Notes: generated from the letters alone by a model not told the origin. A stretch of DNA of 64,000 nt from Tubiluchus corallicola (GCA_030141605.1 JAQGDQ010000579.1:72478-136477), one strand, 5' to 3'; shown: positions 1-38,097, counted from the first letter of the stretch. Program-made: numbers and translations.

Positions 1-68
1 TTGATTAATTAGTCTATTGAAATTGATTAAGTATAGAAATTTCAAAATTATGTTCATCTCTACGCTTA

Positions 69-69
<1 letters not shown>

Positions 70-166
<97 letters not shown>

Positions 167-245
167 CTCCCAATCTCTATCTCTCTCTCTCCTCCTCCCA
201 ATCTCTGTCTCTCTCTCCTCTGAATCTCCCTCTCTCTCACTCTCT
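70..245. repeat. (TC)n microsatellite
   Basis: Direct reading; accounts for the ER/SL low-complexity ORFs. Confidence 0.98.
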
Positions 246-494
246 ACATGAGTCACTACCTGGCGAGTATAATATTGGACTGCCGTCCTCTCAGGATGTG
301 TGACACTGTGTAACACAGCCACTTACGCGAAATTATCAAAAAAAAACCTTTTTATTGAACATCTCCTTCCAGGGATGAGAATGACAAATTGCAAAAAATT
401 CCTTCTAGAAATGCAGCTGTTAAAAACGAGCCTCTTATTAAAAAAAGGACAAATTTTCTAGATTCTTCGCAACATGTTTAAAGCGTAACTGTAC

Positions 495-3400
495 CATAAA
501 CGCTTCGACTGTTAGCGGAAAAGTAGCAGAGAATAAGAGTATCTGTCGATTTCGTGGAAGGTATGCGATCAATGTGTTCAACATGTTCTTAAAATCCTGC
601 GACAGTAACTTGTCTGCCTAAAACAAGAGAGAACAAATACACTGCAAGAAAGGTCAATATCAAAATCAGGACAAAAAACAAAATTTAACTAAAAAACAAT
701 TGGGAGCATGCAATTAAATTCAAACATTGATTTACAAAGTTAGAATTTTACCATTTAACTAAAAATTTAAAGGAAGACATGATGATCTTTCATACACTAT
801 CCCATTTTCAAGTCCATTAGAAAGTATATATTTTAACACAATTAATACGACAAAAGCGCTTTTGATAAGGAAATAATAGATTAAAAACTTAATTAAAAAG
901 GGCTCGTCCAACTATTGATGACATCACAAACTCACATATTTTCAACATCAAAAATATTCCATGAGCGTGTTGAACATGTTTGAGAAAGCGAAAATTGAAG
1001 AACAGTGCTACTGTAAGATATTCAGTGTGTTGTACTAAAACTAGGCAAGTTTTAAGATAAAAATTCAAATTTTAAATTTACCGCTGTGCTCACGCATGAG
1101 CTGTCGAACGTGTGTAGTTCGTCGCAAACTAACACATCTGAACTGAGAGGTACAGCACTTGTTTTTGTGCAATGCATTTCCGAAATGCAGGCATTAGTGC
1201 TTGTCTAACTAGCAGATGGCAAAATACATGTAACAGCAAAGAACAAATGGCGCGAATGTGATATTGTGTTTATATGGAAATAATTCTTTAACGTAAGTCT
1301 TTTTAAAAAAACAGTAAGTTTCCTTTCAATATTTTAAAGAGTAGATTGTTTTGACCTACTGTGCAAGATTAGGTCCGGTTTTGCTTTAACGAAATTTATG
1401 TAACTAACATTTTACATATGTTTCTGCAATTTATCCTCAAAGAAACACATTTGGGCAATGAAAGACCGTTCTTAACTGTGTGTAAAAACACTTTTCACAA
1501 TAAATTTAAAATATTATTCTGATTTAACGGAACATAAAAATCATAATTTGCATCTTCGACAACAGAAAATTAATGAAATTACACGCAGAGTAATTTTTAA
1601 AAAAATTTAAATGAAATTAAAGTCCTGCAATACGTACTTCATCTAGAACCAGCATGGAGCAGCAGTTCACCTTTGCAACACCTTTGTTCATTAGGTCCAA
1701 CACTCGTCCAGGTGTAGCAATGAGAATATGCACTAAAACAAACAACTTTATGTCACCTCTTTGCAACAGTAAATTAACGCTATTTCTATATAAGAACTAT
1801 CTGCTAAACTCTCAACAAAAAATTCAATGAAATCTTGAAGACATTTAACACGTATAAAAGAAATCATAACTGCCTCTAAAGGAGTCCGGATGTAACTGCT
1901 AGGGGCAAGCAAATACTGCCGGAAATCGAATTCAGTATTAAAGGAAGACAGGATGACTTTTCATATAGTACTCCACTTTCAAGTACGGTAAAAATTATAC
2001 ATCTTAAAGCCAATAACACTGCGAAAGTGTTTCTGACAGTTAACTAATACACTAAAATCTTAACTAACTGCATGGGAGCCCAACTATTGATGACATCACA
2101 AATGAACACAATTTTCAACAAGATAAGCATTCCATTAAACGTGTTTGCGAAAGCGAAAATTGACGAACACTGCTACTGTACATTATTCAGCGTAATATAC
2201 AAAAACTCGGCAAGTTTTAAGATAAAAATTCAAATTTACTGCTGTGCAGGCAATGCCGAAATGCAGGCAGTAGTGCCCGTCTAACTAGCGAATGACAAAA
2301 TGCTCGTAACAGCTAAGAACTAGTGGTGCAAACGCGAAATTGTGTTTATGTAGCAATAAAATCTTTCACGTAAATCATTTTTGAAAAAATAGTATGTTTC
2401 CTTTCAATGCTTTAAAAAGTAGATTGTTTTGACATACAGTTTAAGATTGGGTCCGTTTTTCCTTTAAAGATATTCGAATAAGTAATAAAAATAATAACGA
2501 GCACGTAGCATAGTGCTACTAATTCACTACTAAGACTACTTAATTATTGCATAATAGGCTCTGCCTATATAAACTGGTTGTATGTTTGTAAATTTACCAC
2601 TGATGGTGACAGCAGTAGCTCTGTCGAAACATTTGGCATGATTTTAACTTTTAAATTTTCGATGTAAAGTTGTGTTATTTTTAACTATGAATCCATAGTT
2701 ATCAAATTTTCGAAACCAAACTTAACGGAAAGAAAGAAAGGTAAAAAAGTCATTCCTGGGCCTGGAATTGAACCGTGAACCTCTAGATTACAAGTTCTTT
2801 GATTACCAATAACTGATCCAAAGCCCACCTTTCTCATAAAGTCTTAGTATGTCATCCTTTAGGTTTGTTCCTCCTGTAGTCACCATCACTTTGACTCCCA
2901 TGTGTCTAGCCAACTCCTTGCAAATCTGACTAGTCTGTAGGGCTAATTCTCTTGTGGGTACGACTATCATAGCTGAGCAAAAAACAAAAAAAAAGTTATT
3001 AACATCAGAGAAATTGAAAAAGTAAAATACTATATAAAGTCAGGTAGATAAAATTACTTATATTAGGCCGACAATAAAAATATTTCTGTTTCCGTCAAAT
3101 CGCCCGGATAATATTTTTTTATCGTACACCCAGCAGGGAATTTTATAATTTTTTTGTACGTTCATATGCTTACTTGGCGCAGTCATATGAAAGCGTATTT
3201 TTCTTAATTTAAAATGTAAAACGAAAATGCAATAATTATTATAACATCGTTCTTTTGGGAACGTTCAGAACGTTCAGGAACGCGGCCATGTTTTTCCATG
3301 GCTAACTCAAGGCCAGGGCTGCCGTTTTCTACAATGCTCATTGTACTGGAGGTTAAAAAGTATGTAATTTTCCGTAAGTTCATGATACAAAAAAGAACCT

Positions 3401-4669
3401 ATACTATAAGAGGCAGGATGATTTTTCATATAATATCCCATATTCAAGTCTGATAAAAAAGTATACATTTTAACACCAACAATACTGTAAAGGCATTTCT
3501 AATAATAGATTAAAATCTTAATTAACAGCAGGTGACCCATCTATTAACGACATCTCAAACTAACACAATTTTCAGCATCAAAAATTCCACGAGCATGTTG
3601 CACGTGTTTGCGAAAGAGAAAATTGAAGTACAGTGCTACTGAAACAGATTCAGTATATTATACTAAAATTCAGCAAGTTTTAAAATAAAAATTTAAATTT
3701 CAAATTTACCGCTAGTTCATCACAAACTAACACAGAGTGGGTACCTGTGGTTAGAACAAAATTTTACACACACACGCACGCACACGCGCACACCTACCTT
3801 GTATAACTTGCTTGCTTGCATCGCACCGTTCCAGGATAGGAATGGCATAGGCCCCGGTCTTTCCTGTACCATTTTTTGCTCGAGCAAGGACATCGCGTCC
3901 GGTAAGAGCAATAGGAATGCTAGCTTCTTGGATCGGGGAGGGCTGTTCCCATCCTTTTTCGTAAATCCCCATCAGAAGTTCTCTTTTCAGGCAATAGTCC
4001 TCAAATTCATTTCCCTTTGTGTCAGTAACGTCCTGCGAAAGAGAATGTTGATTATGAACTAGCAAAAATGAATCTCTGAGGTAATATCGGAAAGAGATTA
4101 CTAGTTTTATTTCAGAGTATTATTCTATTACAAGTATATTCATCAGAAAGTGAATGCCTCAAAATGGTATCAAACAAACTTCTATGGTTGCTTCTACAGG
4201 GTGTTTCAGAAGGAAATGTGCAGTAGAAATATGGGGAAATACTGAAATATGCTAATCAAATCACACGGAAATGTGGTTAAGCATTAAACAACTAGTCGCT
4301 CAGAAGTAATCTAGCGTTGGTGTCAAACGGTGCGTTAAAAACAATTTTGCATTCCTTAAAAAAATTGGTACCTTCTTTTATGTATAGATGGCAGTGTACA
4401 TAATTTTGGAAGATTTTTGCTTTCAGACAGTGAAATTTGAAAAGCCCAAATGTACATGTAAAGCAAAGCCGCCTGTGGAAATAAGTCCATTCAATTCAGC
4501 TGCTTGCACTTAAGGGGTTGAAATACTTTATTTTTTCTGCACAAAATTGTCTGCTCTGCCAGACTAAATATGAGGATCAAATGAACTTTTATGCAGAGTG
4601 ATAATCTGTTTTTGTTTTCTAGGTAGTTTTTAAGCTGAAATAAATATTACTGTAATCATTTGTGATGTT

Positions 4670-4711
<42 letters not shown>

Positions 4712-6505
4712 GTAACGCGTATATATCTCGGTTTGCCGGACCTCGCTTTTATGGATATCAGAAAAATCGGACAAAAGCAGGACCATTAAAAAGTCCTGCA
4801 TACTATGGACACAGTCCGTTGTTTCACGAGCTGACAGTTAGTTGGCTGATCATCACTTTGCTTACATCAATACATCAAAGTAAAGCATGTGCAGAAAAAT
4901 ATTGAATCAATTAAGCAGAGTTATCTGAGTCAATTGCCGACAGTTTTTATACACTTTTGCATAGGAGCGGCCTGTACTAGATGTTTTTGGGACGATTAGG
5001 CGAATGATTCTACATTACCATGAGTGCTGAGGGAGCTTTTGCTGAAGGACAAGCCATTTAGGTAGTATGAATTTTAAAGAAGTTTAGGATGCTGTGTACG
5101 GGCTGAGGGAGTGGTGAGGGAGTTTATGCTGAGGGACTTTGAAATTAGACAATGCCAAGTCTGATTTGTGATCCTTTGGAAAATTACTTCCAGCCATTGT
5201 CTGATTCTAGCTGTTTTTCTCATTGATTGCGGGCGTATACACAGTTGTGTAACAACGCGTGTGTAGTTTGTATATCAGGAGCGGCCCGTACTAGACGTTT
5301 TTGAGATAATTAGGCAAATGATTCTATATTCCCGTGAGTTTAATACACGGCACCTACTGTATTAACTTAATATCGGAAAATACAGACAATCGGAAAATTC
5401 CAACCGACGTCTCCCCACTTTTGTCTCGCAAACCGAGATATGAGTGTATTTTCATATATTAAGTACTACAACTCAGTAAAAGCTGTTATCTTGCTATCTT
5501 TTTCATGCTTACTATTTAGTTGCCTCAACAGTGAAGCAAAGATCTTGTTCACTAAATGACTTTTTTTGCTGAATTTGCATTCCATGTTTGGACAGAACGC
5601 TTAAGCTCATCAGGCTGAGTGCATTGAACAACACTTTATTTTGTCTAAAATGAACCTGGACTTCTGCATTATGACATCATAACATAAAAATAATACAAGT
5701 AGTCGTCGACTTACGACCTATATGACTTACATCCTCTCAACTTTACGACACGATTACAACTTTATTAATTAATTATACAAGACCAATTATAACACATATT
5801 GCCTTCTATTCTTTTAAACAAATTAACTTTAGATCGTTATCTGTTTCTGCAATTTCATCGTACGCACTGCCAATTTAGTGCGCATACACACACAACATCT
5901 TGCATGTACAGGTGCACCGCTTCAACATACGGGTCCCATTTGTATCCAAATCCGACAAAACTGATTGCGATCATAAGTCGACTACTAATAGTTGTATAAC
6001 TCCACTTTTCATGTGGCTTGGTTTTTGCACATTTCCATATATGGATAAGAAGTCGGCAAATTTCTACCGCACAGTTTCTTCTGAAACACCCTGTACATGT
6101 ATGTCCATGTATAGCAATTTAACCAGCCCAGTTCCACTGAAAGTAACCAAGTAAAAAACACATTGATAACAGGAAACAATGAACTTACTGTGGTCTTGAT
6201 TCGATTATCTTTTGGTGGCACTTTTAGTTTGGCTTTCCAGTTTAGATCGTTTGCTCCTCCGTTGCTAGAAGCCGCTGCTTCCCTAAACATGAAATTCTAA
6301 TTAGCAATTGTTTCCGTAAGTAGCCTAAATAATTAACCAATAAAAATATAGCTAATTAGTCTTGCATGCAGTTTTCTTGTTACAAATTCATATACCTTGT
6401 TTGTGTGAGTGAGTAACTATTGCTCGAATGGTGGCCTCTCGTTCCTTTTAATGAAACTTCTGTGGGCAGCTGATGCGGTTGCTCCACGGAGACGGATGCT
6501 GACAT
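495..6505 (-). CDS. DDX6: DEAD-box RNA helicase DDX6/Me31B/Dhh1, 5' part (3' exons lie beyond the left edge)
   Basis: Coding exons with GT-AG borders and consistent phases: 6396-6505 ([10 protein letters not shown]...), 6189-6282 ([18 protein letters not shown]), 3798-4032 ([36 protein letters not shown]...[10 protein letters not shown]), 2829-2972 (VPTRELALQ...[11 protein letters not shown]), 1638-1732 ([10 protein letters not shown]...LVLDE), 495-617 (ADKLLSQDF...[10 protein letters not shown]). Q motif, [16 protein letters not shown]|AD and SAT motifs are all DDX6-type. The ATG exon's acceptor is at 6664-6665. Confidence 0.96.
771..1385 (+). mobile_element. Kolobok-like non-autonomous DNA transposon, copy 1
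   Basis: TTAA|AGGAAGACA...TCCGGTTTTGCT|TTAA: TTAA flanks, AG...CT ends and imperfect short TIRs. Homologous along its length to 1942-2463. Confidence 0.7.
1942..2463 (+). mobile_element. Kolobok-like non-autonomous DNA transposon, copy 2
   Basis: TTAA|AGGAAGACAGGA...TCCGTTTTTCCT|TTAA. A third, truncated copy lies at about 3409-3750 and a reversed end fragment at about 23850-23900. Confidence 0.72.
2597..2636 (+). ncRNA. Degenerate minimal hammerhead-ribozyme motif (Penelope-type)
   Basis: CCA-CTGATGG-T-GACAG(cagtagct)CTGTC-GAAAC-ATT-TGG: stem I CCA/TGG, 5-bp stem II, GAAAC box. The core reads CUGAUGG instead of CUGANGA. Confidence 0.5.
2752..2815 (-). pseudogene. tRNA-derived fragment (Thr-TGT-like anticodon loop; pseudo-tRNA or SINE head)
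   Basis: Minus strand reads ...CTTGTAATCTAGAGGTTCACGGTTCAATTCCAGGCCCAGG, with a B-box GGTTCAATTCC. The 5' half is degenerate. Confidence 0.45.
4718..5446. mobile_element. Tc1/mariner-type MITE (same family as 50514-51032)
   Basis: Ends ...ATATCTCGGTTTGCCGGAC / GCAAACCGAGATATGAGTG|TA; internal homology to 50514-51032. Confidence 0.7.
5696..5994. mobile_element. Tigger/pogo-like MITE
   Basis: TA|CAAGTAGTCGTCGACTTACGAC ... CATAAGTCGACTACTAATAGTTG|TA. Related ends occur at about 48652 and 49570-49590. Confidence 0.55.
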
Positions 6506-6933
6506 TGTGTGTAACTGTCAGGCGTTGCTGCTTATAGATTCCTGATTACTTCAAAGTCCTAATGATTGTGGCACTTGGCAATGTAATAGCAATTGGTCCT
6601 CCACTCAATGTTCAAACGTATATTTATAAATCACTTGTTAATATAAAGTAGCATATATCTGACCTGAAAAAAAATAGATTCAGCTTCATGTTAGTTCAAG
6701 AAAATTAAATTTAGGCTTAGGTATCATATGTGCAGGACTAGTAGTAAACTAAGAACTAACTTGAATGATTCATTAGCTTAGAAGTGACACCTAAGCATTG
6801 CTTGGGATATTACCAGACAATATTTTATTCATGTGTCTGGGCTGGCAAATGCAGCTTGCGGCCTATTTACATTAAATAATTTGGGTATGACACACTTTCA
6901 AATAATTAAAATGATGAACAGAGGGAGAGAGGA

Positions 6934-6973
<40 letters not shown>

Positions 6974-7197
6974 ATTGGCTAAGAATGCTACAGATCACCC
7001 AGTCAGAGAGAGCACCTCATTCTGCTATCAATAATGGCGGCGTCTTGGCATTAGAGACTGGGAAAAAAGTAAGGAGAAGTTGATAATTTGAAAGAAAAAT
7101 TGCATTTTATTCGTTTACTAAATCATTTATCTTGGTAAATGGGGGTACAGCAAAAGGGTATGATGGGGCAGGAATATCGCCCTGAAAAGGCAAGTGC

Positions 7198-7867
7198 GGC
7201 GCTATTACACTTTCGCACCGCATAGTTTTTTCTGGCCTATTGGTTGTTTTCACGCCTGCAGGCCAGAAAGCAGACCAACAGGCGTAATATACACCATATT
7301 CCCATAATATTATTGGTTTTTAGGCGTTACAATTCCAGATTAAAATCATACATTACTTACCGTCACCATCACGCAAAAAGCTGCACGTGAAGAACTGTGT
7401 TTACACCACTAATACGCAATCGCTCTCGCGCAGTGACGTATGTGGCCCTTAACCTGTATTTTTAGTTTCTTTGCATAATTTATGATTATTATGGTTGCAG
7501 CCACGGGAGTTTGTATCGTATTACAGTGTTCCCACATATTAGATTATAAAAGTAAAGGTTTTTTCTTTATTTCGTAAATGCAATTAAGATAAAAGTGTGT
7601 CACGTGCCTTTTAAGCTAGGCCCTGATAATGCATAAACTAGTACGAAATACGTCACGTGACTACACACACAAACAAGATGGCGATACAAACTATATAGGT
7701 GTAGAACTGTGAATACAATGTAATTATACCTAAATATATGATTAAATTACCACGAGATTAGCTTAAACATTCACTGATGACGTGAGAATAATAGAATAAT
7801 GACCTACGAGCCTAGAAACGAGTAATAACCTAGAAAAAACTAGGCGGTGCGAAAGTGTAATAGCGCC
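7198..7867. mobile_element. Merlin-like (or Mutator-like) MITE, 670 bp
   Basis: Perfect 24-bp TIRs GGCGCTATTACACTTTCGCACCGC and a perfect 9-bp TSD GGCAAGTGC (7189-7197, 7868-7876). The TIR start fits the GGNRM pattern of Merlin elements. Confidence 0.85.
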
Positions 7868-8358
7868 GGCAAGTGCTGTTATCTGATTTTGCTTAATAGT
7901 AGTAATACCATCTATCGGATCAAGCTGGATTGAAACTGGAGACTACACTTGTTTACTAGCAGTGTTTTTATATCACAGTGATGCAACAAGTTTGGAGCTT
8001 CAAATTAGGTAAAAAATTGGTTTGAAAATTTTTTTAAGCAAGGACTGCAATTACTATTAAGCAAACTACCTTGCACAATCTTCCTTACTTAACAGCTCTG
8101 GAAATCGAAGCAAGAATGCTGCGTCAAGCATTTCGTCGAAAACTAAACTTCGCTAACAAAAAAGTTAATGACCACGGATTGGATCCACAACAGCAAAAAA
8201 AATTCGCCAAGTTATTTAGTCCTGAGCTAATACGATTTATCATTTTATCGTCCAACACAACCATTTTATGATTCACCTAGTGATGCAAAATACAACTCAT
8301 CGCTGAACTCATGCATTATATCTATAAAAATATAACGAAAAGGCTAGTGAGTTTTTAC

Positions 8359-8440
8359 CTTACACTCAATAAAACGGACGAACTCCGCGAAAAAAATACT
8401 ATAATCTTTTCTTATGGCGGCGATAGCTCCAGGGTATGAA
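8359..8440 (-). promoter_or_regulatory. Probable non-coding first exon / TSS region of DDX6
   Basis: CpG-richer patch with a YY1-like GCCGCCAT on the minus strand and minus-strand donors (gtaaaa/gtaagg) at about 8358-8363, upstream of the 6663 acceptor. Inference only. Confidence 0.4.
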
Positions 8441-11400
8441 ATCACTATGAACTGTGAACCGGTAGTAGTCTTCGATCGCGTACGTGCTGTCCTCTACGAA
8501 GCAAATAGAAAGTTAAAAATTAAAGCGCGAAAAAATTCTTTCGAATGAGCCAGAAACGACTTCCAGTCATGTTTTCAATCTCAGTAAGTTTTCCTGACAG
8601 CTGAAATTCTTCATGACTAAATTCCACCTAGACTGTCATTCATTAAAAGGAAAGAAAGGAAAAAATGTTAGCGTGGGTCTCAAAAAATCTTTCTATACAA
8701 TGTTATTATACTTGGCATTACGCTTACCTGTTTGAAACACTATGTAACTGGAAAAGAAAATTCTTAGTAATTTAAAATGGTTGCTCCATGTGGTAAAACG
8801 TCACCGACTCGCTTAGCCGCACCACAGTAACACCAAGTACATAATATTATTGATCTTTCTGACAAGGAAATACGCAATTTACGCTTTTGCTTAGTACTCG
8901 GAGTAGTTATGGGATCGTTTTTTTAGATTTAAGAATCATCGTTCTTATCCACTGCAAAAAATGTGTAAGGCATTATCAAATGTAGGCCTAGTGGAAATCG
9001 AAAGTACCTAATAACTATTGTAATAGTTACCAGTGCAAGAGAGTGTTAGTTTTGTTTCCTTTGCCACGTTTACATTTTTCTTTATATCTTTGCAGGATGA
9101 GTCTTTAATTGCCAAAAGGGAAAGAAATTCCCCATATTGTTCAATGAAATCCTTTCGTGAAATATTGCATTAAGTAATTAAGTTGCATTAATTATTGTAA
9201 ATTTCGATACAATTAACTGAGGCTAGGCCTAAAGTCTCTCTACGTTAACTTGCTTCAATGAGCATTTGGTCTAGCTTCTAATTAATGCTTTGTTTAATTG
9301 AAAAACATAAAAATCAACTGTACTGATTCATGTGTAAGCAATTCTAACGACCTTCCCTGTAAATATCTGTCTAATGGCTCTGTACATATCATATAGTTCG
9401 TGAACTTTATATACCTTTGTCATTCGTTTCTGCTAGGTACAGGTTATACTAATCCACCGGTTTCTCCTAACATATGCAAATAAAGTACGGTACTTTGCCA
9501 TACGATATTTTTTATATTATATCAAAATATCTGTGGACATAGGCTGATTTTAAGAACTGTTTATAGAACTTTAGAACAGCTGTATTTTTATTGAGAATTA
9601 GCATCTTTAGAATGATTGCGAAGAGATGATGCCATTATCGGCCTAACTGCCATTAGTTTTCGATTTTTGGCGCAGTTTTTCGTTTAACTATAGTAAATAG
9701 ATACGCACTTATATATCTGAATTAAACTTAAACCAATTCATAGGAATGCGAAGGTTGTAATGTAGGCCTATGCCATAATTACGCCGCTACAGGTTTTCGC
9801 TAACGATTTCACTTGAATCGTAGAAAAAACACGCCTATGTGATTAATACCTCACTAATAATTATTAAAATTTCAAGGTTAAATGTTTTCAAAATTTCAAT
9901 CAATGGTGGAACAAGCCTACAAATAATGAATTCTAAAAAACCAAGCGTTGTCAAAAAGACGTGTCTTTTCAATTATGAATCATGAATTATGAATTTATTC
10001 CACAGCAACTCAAACATACATACAAGTTGATATTACATTGAAAAAAAAGGTAAAAAACTATGCGAGTTACTGTGAGGAGGAGGAAGGAGCATTGAGCTTT
10101 CGAATCCTCCTCCAGCTAAGTGAAACAATTGACAATTAACATTACATTTTCATCAGTTATAACGTAGATCAATTGTTTATGTTTATGTTTATTTCCAAAA
10201 TCCCATGAATATTACATTGTTACATAACGTTACAAAGCAAACTGTTACTAATACAAAATGAAATAAAGTTTAAATTCGCCTGACATTGATATATCGGGTC
10301 AGGCCAAGAAGGTAGACTTGTACAGGACTGAACAGAAGGCAAAATGGAAAGAAAATATGTAAAAAGTGCAAGAGAAAATAAGCAAAAAATGAAATACAAG
10401 GGTGATAGTAAGCTTACGGAAATGACAATGAAAAGTGAATGAGATGATGATGAAAATGAAGATTAGATCCACATAAGAATGTAAAGAGAAAGACAGTCAG
10501 CTGATTCACAGCAGAAATCAGTACGGAGTCATGATAGAGACAAAAATCTTAGTACTTCTATACTACAGACACGGCATTATAGAAGAAAGCTATAATCTCT
10601 TATCATTATGGAAACAATAATAATCTTGTAGTGTAGAAGATACTATCTATAACAGTAAATATGACATTTGACAAGTAATTTTCTCAAAAAAAATCCACTC
10701 ATAAAAAGGTTGCATCTGGAACCAGCCTTCGGGATTAGAGATCCTGAATCTTAAGCTTTCTTAGTTTCAGTGTAGATATGCCAATGACTATGCTTTTGAT
10801 TTGTCAACTAGTAGTACACTAACAATCATAGTAATGCAAAGAGTACGTAATAACTATAAAAAATAATTTTATCACGGCCATTATTTTCCCAGGAAATTGT
10901 AGGTCACTTAAATATTAAGCAAAATGAAATTTCTTGAATTCTAGCTATTGTAACAGACAAGAACAAAAATAAAATTATAGAATGAGGTCATACAACCTTA
11001 TAGAATGCACACAATCATGAATTCATACATTAGATGGGTTACCCACGTCTATACGCACGTAAAAGAAACGCATTGATTGGCTTTTCAGCCATCTAAGTCA
11101 AAATTCTTTGAGACAATTTGAAAGTAAGAAATTGTGATGAAAATTATTGCCTCTTTATTGGTGAATCAATTAATGTTCTTCTAAGAACAACATAACGTTC
11201 ATGGAACATTAACCAGTTAAAGGTTTTGACTCATTTATAACAAGAACATTGTCCGTTTCAACAGTTTCATAAACAACCCACTATGTAATTCCAAAGCTGG
11301 GCCAGATTATGATTTTCTAGCTCCCTGGGCTATAGATACTTGTGATTCTGTGACGCTCTGGTCCACAGTGATAATTAACAAAAGCATGAATGTTGGATTC

Positions 11401-11687
11401 TTCAAATCAGTTTATTCAACTTCTACAAAATAATGCCAACATAAAGCCCACGCGGATGGGTGGAAGTCTAGCAAGACAAAAAAGAGGTGTGACCTCAATT
11501 CCTACACAACTGCGTCATTATAATCAGGATCACCAGTGAGACAGTAGCAATGAGTTGGAATAATGGACAAGAAAAGAATTCCAGTGCATTATTACACAGT
11601 AGTTTTTAATTGAGCCTTTTTAAAGAGATAATTCAGCACACTTCTACTCTCGTTCTGTAGTAACTTTCCACAAGAAATTAATTTCAC

Positions 11688-12034
11688 CAGGGCCTATTTC
11701 AGCCTAAGCGAGGCTCGGGGCAGTGAGGCGTGTGAGGCCCTCTCTCATCGCCCAGAAAATTTTTGAACGCCGGAGAAGCATTTTCGAAGAGAAAATATAG
11801 AGTTATACAGTTGTTAAAGGAAACAACAATTGAGAGAAAAACTGCTTTATTCTCAAGACCAGTCCTTAATATTTGTCAATACTGGCAAACGGCGCACCTG
11901 CGGCAAGAGAGAGGGAGAGAAGAGGCAGTATGTTCGCATAAAGCAAAAAAAATGTTACCTTGGTGCGAGGCCCACCTGGAGGGGGAGGCCCCGGGGAAGT
12001 ATCCCCACTTCCCCCCCCCTTGAAATAGGCCCTG
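11688..12034. mobile_element. hAT-type MITE
   Basis: TIR CAGGGCCTATTTCA/TGAAATAGGCCCTG; 8-bp TSD AATTTCAC on both sides. Confidence 0.88.
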
Positions 12035-12476
12035 AATTTCACTTAATCTCTGGAGGCTCCTGGGCTGCAACCCACAAAGCCCATGATAGACAAGCTGTAA
12101 TCTGCTATTACTGCTTTAACATTCTAATTTAGTGCTTCACTATTCTTTGAATATCCATCGTATTTTCAGTTCAGTTCTCTGCGGTTAATTTTTTTAACTA
12201 ATTAGTAATTACTAGTAAAACCAAGTATCTTTAGTGCAACTAATTTAACCCGTTTCCTTTCAAAAACTAACGGACATTATCTTATCACATAAAAGTTTGC
12301 GACTATTAAGAAAAAAATCTGTTCTTAAAAAAAGAACAACTTAGCTACTGACCAATGGGTTTTTTGCTGCTCCTACTCAAATATTATTGCAATTTGCTAC
12401 TCAACTAATGTAAAACGAATGTTGAGGACATAGATTGAATTAAATTGAATAATCCGGCACTGTTTCTGACGATGAC

Positions 12477-12918
12477 TAGGGGTGAGCATTCTCTACCAGA
12501 AAGCGAATTCGAATCGAACCGAATTTGCGACTTTCGAATTCGAATCGAACCGAACTTCAGTGTTTCGAATTCGAACCGAATTCGAATTGAGATCGAAAGA
12601 TTTTCGAGCAAGTTTTCGAACCACCAGCAGAAATTAGTCTTACAAAGATCATGCATATCACTAGATTTTGTTCTGCAATAAAACGACTAGCAATTTCTTT
12701 AAAATTGTGTGCAGAAATCACAGCTAAATTATGTTAATTGCATGATGTTTCAATCGTTTTAGTGATAAAGAACATGTGTGATTGAAGTGCTGAATTATTC
12801 GAATCTATAGTATTGGATTCGAATCGAGTTCGAACTACAAAAAAACTCGTTCGAATCGAATTCGGGCGTTCGAATTCGATTCGAATGTTCGAACGCGAAT
12901 GTTTGATGCTCACCCCTA
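12477..12918. mobile_element. hAT-type MITE with TTCGAA subterminal repeats
   Basis: TIR TAGGGGTGAGCAT/ATGCTCACCCCTA; 8-bp TSD ACGATGAC; dense TTCGAA motifs near both ends. Confidence 0.88.
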
Positions 12919-13018
12919 ACGATGACTGCCAGTGTGCAGCAGAAATGTTGGATTTTTCTAAAAAAAAGTAAATAATGATACTAATAAAATAATTATATAG
13001 TAGATTTTTTTTATGAAA

Positions 13019-37308
<24,290 letters not shown>

Positions 37309-38097
37309 TTTGCTGATGACATAACTATTTAGTTTCCTTTTTATTTATTTTTCTTTATATTTTACTGATAAAATCTGCTGACTCATTTGCATCTTAGAGA
37401 CACACACGTGTCGTAAGGCGTATTGCAAATGATTAAGACTAAAAGAAGCCAAGTTGTCCCTATTGTGGAAAGCTTCAAGGTTGTATGTATAGAAATACGT
37501 TCTTAATAAACAATGCGATACATAAATAATAAACAACAATATAACAATAGTGAGAGTTTGGTGGCCAAGGTAAAACATTGATCAACTATTTATTAGTGTC
37601 ACCATTAGGATAGCGAGAACAATTAATAGAAATATGCGATAAAATAGAAACCATATAATAGTAGTGGATTTGTGGCAGGGAAAACATTGATCATCTATTT
37701 ATAGTTCACCATTGGATAATGGAACAATTAATGAAATACGTTCTTATTAAGCAATGCGATACATCAATAATAAACAACAATATAACAGTAGTGAGCGTTT
37801 GGTGGCCATGGCAAAACATTGATCATCTATTAATTAGTATCATTATTAGGATAATGAGAACAATTAATAACAGAAAACCACAGAAAAACAATAGGCAATA
37901 ACGCATAGGCTTATAGTCCTTGGCTTATACTTATTGCAGTAGGCATTATGCAGCAGCTTCTATGTGGCGCACACGAGGCAAAATTAGTCTTTAATAATTT
38001 GTCTGGCATTTTTGCTCGTGTGCGTGCTCGATAAATCCAGTTTTATGAACTTTATTAAACGTACTTAACTTTCTGGCTTTTCGCGCGTTCAAACGTA

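Noticed and set aside
14-322. ER/SL-repeat ORFs (also 24502-25066)
   Set aside because: Translations of (TC)n microsatellites.
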